Shown here one piece after another: positions 9,981-18,438 of a stretch of 64,000 nt of DNA. Source of the stretch: Candidatus Latescibacterota bacterium (GTDB taxonomy: Bacteria; Latescibacterota; UBA2968; UBA8231); NCBI GenBank assembly GCA_965197905.1, contig CBDAOB010000004.1:512001-576000 (forward strand), read 5' to 3'. The notes under the pieces were generated by a model. The model worked only from the letters and a program-made list of their open reading frames with translations, made no database searches and was not told the origin of the DNA. Every line of letters begins with the position of its first letter. Position 1 is the stretch's first letter. The position numbers were made by a program, and so were the translations under genes.

Positions 9981-11035
9981 TAAGCAATTTCGGAAGGGGG
10001 GGCCTTGTGCTGGTTCTCGGGCTGCAGGACGTCTTCCTCGCCCTCGGCGAGGTGCCGGTACAGAAGCTTCAGCTCGGGGGAAAACCTTGAGTACACCTCC
10101 CGCGGCACGTACGTCCTGAGCGTGTTGCCGCCCGAGTGTAGGTTGCCGAACTCGCTACCCGACAGCCACCACGGCGCGTAACGGCACACAACCGTCGTGC
10201 GCTCGTGCTCGCTCTGGTTGGCAGCACCCCCGTGCCAGAGCCGCGTGTCCTGCATAAAGACCGAGCCCGCGGGCGCCGAGATTTGGAACTCGCCCGGGAT
10301 CGGCGCTCGTTCGTCGATCCCGTCATCGGGGCCGCGCGGGTTGCGCGGGTCTATGTGCGACCCCGGAACAACCCACGTGCCGCCGTTATACGGGGTCACA
10401 TCCTCCGGACCGAGGTACCAGATCGTGGACAGCGCCATGCAGACATCGGGGAATGGCTGGGCGACCGCGCCGGAGTGATACCACGGCTCCTCGCTGCTCC
10501 CCCCGTACGCAGTCAGATCATGCGGCCAGTCGGAATGCCAGCGGCGAAGCAGCAGTTGCTCCTCGGATATCGCCTCCCCCTTCGGCTTCGACGACTTGGT
10601 GACCTCCGTCTGCGCAATGCAGACGTGCGTATCGAGCATCGCCTTAGCCACCCGGAGCACGCGCGGCTCCACGAGGTACTCGGCGAAGGTCTCGTTCCGC
10701 GCGATGTCGCAGAGCTCGGCGTTGGGCGCCATCGGCGGCCGCACAGGGCCGCTGCCAGGCTGGAAGTCGGGATTTCTGCGGCGTTCCAGCTCTATGCGTT
10801 TGCTCTGCTCCGCCTCCCGGTCCTGCTGCAACAGCCGGCGCCCCCGGTACACGCTCTCGCGCACCGTGCTGACTTCTCCCTCAGGGATCACCCTCTCGAC
10901 GACGCAGAAACCCTGGACTCGCAGCGATTGCAGGTACCCCTCGATCTCCGCGTCACCACCTTTGGGAATACCCGTACCGATGGAGTAGGGGAGTCGCAGC
11001 CGATCATCAAGATTTAAGAGTTTTGACAAAATCAA
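9980..11035 (-). CDS. phytanoyl-CoA dioxygenase (PhyH) family protein
   Basis: WHSDWP (HxD), NGGTWVVPGSH, AGSVFMQDTRLWHGGAAN. Confidence 0.9.
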   Translation of the reverse strand: MILSKLLNLDDRLRLPYSIGTGIPKGGDAEIEGYLQSLRVQGFCVVERVIPEGEVSTVRESVYRGRRLLQQDREAEQSKRIELERRRNPDFQPGSGPVRPPMAPNAELCDIARNETFAEYLVEPRVLRVAKAMLDTHVCIAQTEVTKSSKPKGEAISEEQLLLRRWHSDWPHDLTAYGGSSEEPWYHSGAVAQPFPDVCMALSTIWYLGPEDVTPYNGGTWVVPGSHIDPRNPRGPDDGIDERAPIPGEFQISAPAGSVFMQDTRLWHGGAANQSEHERTTVVCRYAPWWLSGSEFGNLHSGGNTLRTYVPREVYSRFSPELKLLYRHLAEGEEDVLQPENQHKAPPSEIA

Positions 11036-11138
11036 TTCAGCTAGTTTATGGTTTAAAAAAAATGTCTCAATCTTTACTAAAAATTACGATAACAACGTAA
11101 ACCCTCCTTGTCGCTGCCTTTCTTTCGCTCCAGAGATC

Positions 11139-12297
11139 CTACACCCCGTCCTGCGTTGGCCAGGAGAGCGGCAGCGGACACCAGGCTTGCAGCACCGCTG
11201 CCTCTTGGGGAAGCGCGGTGACCGCACACGGAGGCAAGGGCCCGAAGAACACCCGCATGGCCGTGAACGGATGCCATGCCCGAGTTGATGCATAGCCAAC
11301 TCTCTCCACCCGTGGTTCGCCTCCCACCACTTGAACCCTCAACGTGCCGTGCTCCTCGATCCCGATAAACGCCTCGCCATCGACGAGCTCACCACCGGTG
11401 GCGCTCACCTTCAAGAGCGCCTCCACTGTCGCCACCCAGTCGAAGATTTGCCAGTTGTCGGCCTGGTGCACACTTTGACTTTCTCCCAGTGCCGCAATGC
11501 GACGAACCAGATCGTAGTTCACCGCCGACAACTCAAAATTTGTGCTACGGGGTTCGGCGTCAGCCTCCACCCAGCCGCGAGCGATGTCAACGGCTGTGTC
11601 TGTGTCTGCAGCGACGAGTTCGCTGACCCTAGAACCGTCGCTCGTGGCCACCAGATACCCCACCATGGCGCCGTGTTCGTCGAGGGCGGCAAAGGGTTTG
11701 TGATACCAGCTGACGAGAAAGCGGCCGAAATGCGCTGGGTCGCGTAGATGATGGACGAGCTGCGCGTCGTGCAGTCGCTGCGCCACCGCGATACGGTCCA
11801 CATCATCAACGGCAATGGCCTCGAAGCACAGGCTGGACGGCGTGTCGAAAACATGTCGGATGTTCCGCTTCCCCTATCGGTACCAAAAACCTCTGGCCGC
11901 ACGTTTCATACCCGGAGTAGCCGTAGCGCTGTCGCTGACCACTTAGGTACGACAGATGGAAGTCTTGCGCCTTCATATGCTGCACGCAGTGGTTCATGAG
12001 CAGCGACATGTACCCCTTATCCCGATGTGCCGAATGCGTCGACACACCACCGATTCCTCCGACCTTGAGCACGGTCTCGCCTACTTGCCAGTCCATCGGG
12101 AAGAGACCGACGATGGCGCGAATCTCTCCGTTCTCACGCACTGCGTGGTTGCACGCCATCAACTCGTCCGTGGGTTGATAGATTGATGGCAGCATGGCGT
12201 GGAAGTCGTAAGGCCTTTCCTCACCAAAGACAGCGTTGAGAAAAGCCATGCCCTCGTCGAAATCGGCGGCTGTTAGCTGGACCACCTCGTTACTCAT
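11139..12297 (-). pseudogene. GNAT (Eis-like) acetyltransferase split by a single frameshift near 11872
   Basis: GGIGGVSTHSAHRDKGYMSLLM...GQRQRY; continues KRNIRHVFDTP...VDRIAVAQ in another frame across a G-run. Confidence 0.75.
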
Positions 12298-12300
12298 CTG

Positions 12301-13674
12301 TCAGCGCGGCCAGGCAGTATGGTGGTCGTCGATTACGTAGGTGTGCGAGTGATCGAGTCGGTGGTGGCGATGGGGATGGGAGTGGGGCTGGTCGTCCGGC
12401 CAATCCTCGTGCCCATGGCCGTGGTGCTCGTCGTGCACATGCTCGTGTTCATGCTCGATCTCTTCGTGGACATGGTCCAGGATCACGTCGTCCCGTTTCG
12501 GCCACAAAAACGCGGCGGCCGCGGTAAACACGACAACGCCGGCAGCCAGCACCCATGCCGTCGCCTCGATGCCGATCCGGGTACCCAGCTGGCCCGCCAA
12601 CGGGTAGAAGAGGAGCCAGCAGGCGTGGGACAACGCAAACTGGGCGGAGAAGTAGGCCTGCCGATCGCCCGGGAGCGCGGAACGATTGACCAGCCGCCCC
12701 GCCGGTGTCTGCACCGCCGACCATCCGGCACCAACCAGAAACCACGCCGGCAGCAGCGCCGCAAATCCGGGTCCGGTGCCGGCCGCGCCCAAACCTGCGG
12801 CCATCAGCAGGGCGCCCCACAACATGACCGGCCGGTCGCGGACGTGGTCGAGCAGCCGTGGAAGGACCAAGGCCACCAGCATCGAGCCGCTGCCCGCGGC
12901 AGCCATTGCCAGGGCGACCTCCGAGGCGGTGCCGCCAAGGGTTTGGCGCACGTACACCACCGTATTGACGATGACCATGGCACTGGCGCTGGATACCCCC
13001 AGGTAGAGCACCAGCAGCCCCCGCAGCCGCGGTGTCTTCAGATATGAGATAACGCCGAAGCTGATCTGCCGGATCAAACTACCCAGCCGCTCCGTCGGTC
13101 GCGGTGCCGGCAAACGCGTCATGACAATCAACAATGCCGACAGGCCGAAGGCGACGGCATTAGCCGCGAACAATCCGGAAGAGGTGACGACCAGCAGGGC
13201 CAGACCGGCGAACAACGGGCTGACCAGGTTCTCGAGGTCGTACGCCAGCCGTGACATGGACAGCGCGCGGGTGTACTGGCGCTCGTCGGGAAGGATGTCC
13301 GGTATGGTGGCGGCGAAGACCGGCTTGAAGCCGGCGGAGAGCAGGTTGAGCAGGAAGATAAGCCCGTAGACCTGCCACACCTGGGTCGCCAGCGGGAAGG
13401 CGAGCACAACTATTACCCTCACCAGGTCCATGGCGATGAGAAAGGGACGCCGCCGCAATCGATGCGCCAACCCGCCGACAATCGGCGCGAAGACAACGTA
13501 GGCAACCATCTTGAATGCGAGCGCCGTGCCCAGCACGGCGGCTGCGTGCCCTCCTGCGAGATCGTACGCCAGGAGGGTCAGAGCGACCGTGCTCAAGCCG
13601 GTGCCGACCAGGGCGATCACCTGCGCCGAGAACAACCGGCGGAAGCTCGGATTGGCCAGGGGGTTGGCGTGCAT
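12301..13674 (-). CDS. nreB: NreB/NrsD-like MFS nickel/cobalt transporter with His-rich C-terminus
   Basis: FRRLFSAQVIALVGTGL...AGGHAAAVLGTALAFKMVAYV; AQFALSHACW; tail HVHEEIEHEHEHVHDEHH...VIDDHH. Confidence 0.8.
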   Translation of the reverse strand: MHANPLANPSFRRLFSAQVIALVGTGLSTVALTLLAYDLAGGHAAAVLGTALAFKMVAYVVFAPIVGGLAHRLRRRPFLIAMDLVRVIVVLAFPLATQVWQVYGLIFLLNLLSAGFKPVFAATIPDILPDERQYTRALSMSRLAYDLENLVSPLFAGLALLVVTSSGLFAANAVAFGLSALLIVMTRLPAPRPTERLGSLIRQISFGVISYLKTPRLRGLLVLYLGVSSASAMVIVNTVVYVRQTLGGTASEVALAMAAAGSGSMLVALVLPRLLDHVRDRPVMLWGALLMAAGLGAAGTGPGFAALLPAWFLVGAGWSAVQTPAGRLVNRSALPGDRQAYFSAQFALSHACWLLFYPLAGQLGTRIGIEATAWVLAAGVVVFTAAAAFLWPKRDDVILDHVHEEIEHEHEHVHDEHHGHGHEDWPDDQPHSHPHRHHRLDHSHTYVIDDHHTAWPR

Positions 13675-13759
13675 TCGAGACGTCAGCCTATGGGACTCAT
13701 CAGTTTACCAGCAGATTGACTTGATTGTGGAACTTGCGAACAACCTGCAGGATGGCGGC

Positions 13760-13830
13760 ATCGTCCGGTGGAAACGAGAACCGCATCGACGTCGGGAACG
13801 TCGAGCAATTCCTGGGTCCGGCGGCTACGG
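13760..13830 (-). pseudogene. short fragment of a Gfo/Idh/MocA-like oxidoreductase
   Basis: QELLDVPDVDAVLVST motif in isolation. Confidence 0.45.
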
Positions 13831-13873
13831 AACCCCGTTGGCCGGAGCCACTTCCCGCGCGGCACAGAGCTGA

Positions 13874-15919
13874 TCAATCTGGTGGCACCGCCCGCTGACG
13901 CCACGCTTGGATGGTTTCATCCCGGAATGGAGCGCGGAAGCCGCTCTTGACGGCGTGAACCTTGTTCTTCTTGGCGGTCTGCTCGAATTCGTCGATGAGT
14001 TTCACGTAGCCTGCCGTATCGCCGGCCGGTCCTTCTTCAAGCAGAAGATAAAGGATCGGCAGCTTGGCCAGCGCAATCCGGTCCTGAAGCTCGGCATCGT
14101 CGCCGGCCAGCGCTTCGGCGCCCGCGAATATTTGCCTCGCCTGTTCGACAAACTCCGGGGTGAGATAGGCCGCCTTGGCGCCGGGACCGTGTTCTTTGTG
14201 CAGCTTCCGGAGGTTCTCGGGATCGGCGTGCAGCCGCTCCCAGATCTCCCAGAGCATGTCGCAATACTCCTGCATCGGTTCGGCGGCTGTACCGTAGAAG
14301 CCATAGTTGAAGTCGCGGATCAGCTGCCGGGTGGACCGGGCCGGGTCCCACAACTGCTTGGTCCAGACCCAGCTTCGCATCAGACTGCGGTCCACGCCGT
14401 TGGTGGGATGGTGCTGCGCCTGCAGGAACACACCCGTTACGCCGTGCTCGATGTAGTAGCGCAGGTTGGGAGCTACCACCGGCATGTTCGGCAGCGGCAC
14501 GATGTAGTTGTGGAAGTCGATCGTATAGTCCCAGATAATCACGCGCGCCCCGGTCTTCGACCAGGCTTTCAGCGCCGTGGAAAACTTCTCGGTTTCCCAG
14601 ACATGCAACAACAGATATTCCCAGTTATGGTCGTCGGTGGCCAGCCAGATCAGCACATTGTCGCGTGGCCGCAGGTTCTTCGGCGGCGTCTTCGTGTCCA
14701 GATAAGCGAGGGTCGTGACCCGCAGCTCGGGATACTCTTGCGCCACGGCATCCGCCACCGCGTTCACCAGATCAAGCAGGGGTCCCATGTTGGAACCCTC
14801 GGCATCGCTGATCGCCTTGCAGGCCCCACAGGCGCAGGTCCCCCCACCGTCATTCGGGGAGATGTCCACGATCTTGCTGTCCGGTTTTTTCTCGAGGCGC
14901 TCGAGCGTGGTCTCGATGAGAATCCGCCGGACCTCCGGATTGGTCAGGCACAGCTGGTGCGGGTTCCGTTGGCCATCCTTCATCATGAAATATTCCGGAT
15001 GCTGCTCGAACTCGGAGCGCCGGATAAACTCATTGAAAGAATGAACGAAGCGCGCCAGAGGTTTGGGGTGGCCTCCCCATTCCATCGGCACCGCCACGCC
15101 TATGGCAAAGGTGCGATTGCGCAGCGACCAATCCAGGTCCTGCACCTCGGTGTAGTACGGGTCCCTTCGGTCGACCAGGGCCGGAACGTAGGTTCGGGAT
15201 ACAGGACGAAACTGCAGCGTCGGTTTGCTCGGAATCGAAGTGGCACCTGGCGTGTACCAGCGGCAGCCCAGGTCCTCCTCCAGCAAGGCGTAGACCGCGT
15301 TGACAATGCCGCGACCGCGACCACCTAGAAGGTAGAGGCCGCCCTCGCGCTGGGCGACTCGGTATGCGTCCTGCTGATGAATCAGCTCCCCGAGCCCTAC
15401 CTTCGCCCGGGACGCCAGTCGGGTCTGCCCTATGCTGATGAACCTTTCCGGGCGGGCGCCCACTTCTACCCCACTGCCCGCGCCCGGGACCACGTACCCA
15501 CCCTCGTCTGCCGGGTCCTCCTGGATTGTCTGGAACGATGCCCCGGTCATTTCGTGTAGCCAATATGCCAGATCCTGCACCGCCTTTACGTCCTGCGTCG
15601 TCGGCTCGGCTCCGTAGACGATGTAGGTTTCGGTATGCCCGTTCTCTGCCAACGTGATCGGCCGGCCGGGCTTGCCTGGCGGTGTCAAGGCGTTGGCCCA
15701 GGACGGATGGCGCGGTACATCGACAGTTTCAGATGATCCTGGATTCTTCATCGCAACCTTCCTCTCTGACCGCGCGCCCACGGGCAGCAAGGCAACCAGA
15801 GGGAATACCACTGCAATCTGTAGGATTCTTTTTTTCATCATCTGTCGCTCGGTCGTCTCGGGATCTGCTGCGCGCAAGCGAATAAAGGGAGCAATGGGTA
15901 AGCGGGTCAAGAAGATCAA
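13874..15919 (-). CDS. DUF4838 domain-containing secreted protein (likely start near 15840)
   Basis: AVYALLEEDLGCRWYTP, FVHSF...HPEYF...QLCLTNPEV, ISPNDG...CACGAC, TLAY, IWDY; signal peptide MMKKRILQIAVVF. Confidence 0.8.
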   Translation of the reverse strand: MIFLTRLPIAPFIRLRAADPETTERQMMKKRILQIAVVFPLVALLPVGARSERKVAMKNPGSSETVDVPRHPSWANALTPPGKPGRPITLAENGHTETYIVYGAEPTTQDVKAVQDLAYWLHEMTGASFQTIQEDPADEGGYVVPGAGSGVEVGARPERFISIGQTRLASRAKVGLGELIHQQDAYRVAQREGGLYLLGGRGRGIVNAVYALLEEDLGCRWYTPGATSIPSKPTLQFRPVSRTYVPALVDRRDPYYTEVQDLDWSLRNRTFAIGVAVPMEWGGHPKPLARFVHSFNEFIRRSEFEQHPEYFMMKDGQRNPHQLCLTNPEVRRILIETTLERLEKKPDSKIVDISPNDGGGTCACGACKAISDAEGSNMGPLLDLVNAVADAVAQEYPELRVTTLAYLDTKTPPKNLRPRDNVLIWLATDDHNWEYLLLHVWETEKFSTALKAWSKTGARVIIWDYTIDFHNYIVPLPNMPVVAPNLRYYIEHGVTGVFLQAQHHPTNGVDRSLMRSWVWTKQLWDPARSTRQLIRDFNYGFYGTAAEPMQEYCDMLWEIWERLHADPENLRKLHKEHGPGAKAAYLTPEFVEQARQIFAGAEALAGDDAELQDRIALAKLPILYLLLEEGPAGDTAGYVKLIDEFEQTAKKNKVHAVKSGFRAPFRDETIQAWRQRAVPPD

Positions 15920-16052
15920 TCAGCGGGGAGCCCGGCGCTTGGTACCCGAAATCCGATCTGCCTTTACCAACAAGAAGAACTGGCGCTCTTCTAACACAAT
16001 CTTGTATTTCTCTAAAGAACGACATTCGAGAGGGTAAAAAGAGAGGGTAATA

Positions 16053-17654
16053 ATGACCAAGATAAAAGACGTGAACACCACCGACATCCGCGACGCCATC
16101 CGGCTCGGGTGTCACACCATGTGCAACTCATTTAACGCCGACGATGCCGATATCCCTTACGGCGCTGCCCAGGCTCGACCCCAGGCCGAGGCTCTGTTTA
16201 GACCGGGCCATGAGGCTCATCACCCGGGACGTCACCTGAACGCCCTGCTCAACGCTGAGGATGCGGCCGGCATCGAGATCGACGAGGATTGCATCGAGAA
16301 GCACACAAGGGCGGCTTTCTTCTCCTACTCTCAAGTTGCTTTACCACTTGAGCGAATCGGCAGGTACACAGGGGGGAAGGGTATCCCCATCGAGCTCGGG
16401 GACCACAGTATCCGTGAGGGCTTTCATGCCCTATACGCTTTGACCAAATATCGTGGGTCCAACCGAGCCCGGGAGCTCGCCGAGGCCAGCATTCAAATCA
16501 TATTCGACTACTGGGTCCCCAACGAGCATTGGGACTACGAGCGGATCGAAAAAGAGCTGCCGGTGAAGATCGAGCGCATTGACGAGACACATAAATTCAT
16601 CCAGCGTCTGGCCCGAGCCATCGGCCCCCTGGTCAAGCTCTACCGGGTTACGGGCCACGAGCCGGCCCTCCAGCTCGCCGAGGTTTTGAAGGAAAAGGCG
16701 GTCCGCGATTGCTATCGAGAGGACGGCGCCTTTTCCACGGCACGCTTCGGCAACCACGCCCACTCCACCACATCCGTGATGTCATCGTTGGCCCAGTTGG
16801 CGGATCTTACCCGCGACGCTGGTCTGATTGCTCGCGTGAAGGCTTTCTACGACAACGGGCTGTGGGAAATGCGTGACCAGATAGGCTGGAGTATCGAAGT
16901 AACAAGCCTGTGGGACAACTACCCGGACAGGGGCGAAGGCAACAACACGGGCGACATCGTGGAGACTGCATTGATTTTAAGCCGCTGGGGACATCCCGGT
17001 TACTACGCCGACGCCGAGCGCATGCTGCGTAGCCATCTGCTCCCCTCTCAGCTCAGGGACGTCTCCTTCATCGTCGAAGCGGATAACCCGGATGGAGTGG
17101 ACGCCGCGACGAATTTTGCCCAGAGAATTCGCGGCGCCTGGGGGTTTCCGGCTCAGTACGGCCACGAGCCAGCCGGCATTTGGGAGACCGACAACGCTCG
17201 CATCGGCTTTCACCAGGACATCGTGGGTGGAGTGGTCGGTTCCCTGTGCGAGGCCTACCGGGAGGTCACACGTTTCGATGAGGCGGGGCACTGGGTGAAC
17301 CTGCTATTCGATCACGAGACGACGGATATCCAGGTCCGGTCGCCCTACACCCATCCCAGGTTGGAGGTGAAGGTCAAGCGGCCCGGTGCGCTCCACGTGC
17401 GAATCCCGCCTTGGGTGGAGCGTAGTGGGATTAACGTGGCTGGAGCGGCGGGAACTCCTCACTTCAGCGACGACTATATGGTCTGTGCGGAGCCGGAGGT
17501 CGACCAATGGATTGCCTTCGAATTTGATTTGCCGGAATACGAGATGACGCTGACCTTCCGAGACACCGAGACCCGCGCGCGCTTCCGTGGCGACGAGGTT
17601 GTAGCTATGGACAATTTCGGCACTGACCTCACCTTCTTCGACCCCTTCGAGTAG
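16053..17654 (+). CDS. conserved hypothetical, GH127-like (alpha/alpha)6-barrel protein (paralog 1 of 2)
   Basis: HAHS, EGNNTGD, YYADAERMLRSHL, VNLLF, LHVRIPPWV; full-length paralog at 31328..32884. Confidence 0.6.
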   Translation: MTKIKDVNTTDIRDAIRLGCHTMCNSFNADDADIPYGAAQARPQAEALFRPGHEAHHPGRHLNALLNAEDAAGIEIDEDCIEKHTRAAFFSYSQVALPLERIGRYTGGKGIPIELGDHSIREGFHALYALTKYRGSNRARELAEASIQIIFDYWVPNEHWDYERIEKELPVKIERIDETHKFIQRLARAIGPLVKLYRVTGHEPALQLAEVLKEKAVRDCYREDGAFSTARFGNHAHSTTSVMSSLAQLADLTRDAGLIARVKAFYDNGLWEMRDQIGWSIEVTSLWDNYPDRGEGNNTGDIVETALILSRWGHPGYYADAERMLRSHLLPSQLRDVSFIVEADNPDGVDAATNFAQRIRGAWGFPAQYGHEPAGIWETDNARIGFHQDIVGGVVGSLCEAYREVTRFDEAGHWVNLLFDHETTDIQVRSPYTHPRLEVKVKRPGALHVRIPPWVERSGINVAGAAGTPHFSDDYMVCAEPEVDQWIAFEFDLPEYEMTLTFRDTETRARFRGDEVVAMDNFGTDLTFFDPFE

Positions 17655-17666
17655 GAAGGGCAGATT

Positions 17667-18425
17667 GTGGGCGACGGGGTCTTCAGTTTCGCGTTCATCA
17701 CCGATCCTCAAATCGGAATGGACAGGGCCTCGGGCTTGCATGAACCCGGGTCTGACAAAAAGCGTCTGGATCGCGCCATCACCTACGTAAACGAGAGTGG
17801 GGTCGACTTTGTTGTGTTCGGCGGCGATCAAATAGAGAACCCGAACGACGAGTACACAGATTTACAACTGGATGACCTGCAGCAGTCGCTGTCCGGCTTG
17901 ACCGTCCCGTACTACGGCGTTGTCGGAAATCATGAGCAGGGGGATCCGGCGCAGCGTTGGAAATACGTTGAGCGCGGACTCCCGGTCCGCTTCTCGCTCT
18001 CCCATAAAAACGCCTTCCTGGTTGGTATCAATGCCTGGTGGCTTAGGGGGGAGTTCGGCGATGAGTACGCCGAGAAGGAGCGGGATTATTTGGCGAGCCA
18101 GTTGTCTCAGGTATCATCGGACTGCAGGCACCGTTTCGTCGTCATGCACTGGCCTCTGTTCAATATTCATCCGCAGGAAGAGGACACCTACTGGAATATG
18201 TCCAACAGAAACAGCCTTATCGATCTATTCAGGAGGCATGAGGTTTCGTGTGTTCTCAGCGGTCACTGGCACCAAGACATCGATGCACGCTGGCATGGCA
18301 TCAGCCTGGTTACGAGCGTGGGAACCGCCGGAGCTCTTCAGTATCCCGAAGAGCTCTCTTTCAAGGTCGTAACCGTGTTTGACGACGGGTGGTCGGTCCG
18401 CCGGGTATCGGTCGGACGTAGCTGA
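17667..18425 (+). CDS. calcineurin-like metallophosphoesterase (CPPED1-like)
   Basis: TDPQ, GGD, GNHE, MHWP, SGHWH. Confidence 0.9.
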   Translation: MGDGVFSFAFITDPQIGMDRASGLHEPGSDKKRLDRAITYVNESGVDFVVFGGDQIENPNDEYTDLQLDDLQQSLSGLTVPYYGVVGNHEQGDPAQRWKYVERGLPVRFSLSHKNAFLVGINAWWLRGEFGDEYAEKERDYLASQLSQVSSDCRHRFVVMHWPLFNIHPQEEDTYWNMSNRNSLIDLFRRHEVSCVLSGHWHQDIDARWHGISLVTSVGTAGALQYPEELSFKVVTVFDDGWSVRRVSVGRS

Positions 18426-18438
18426 CTTGAGGCGAGCC

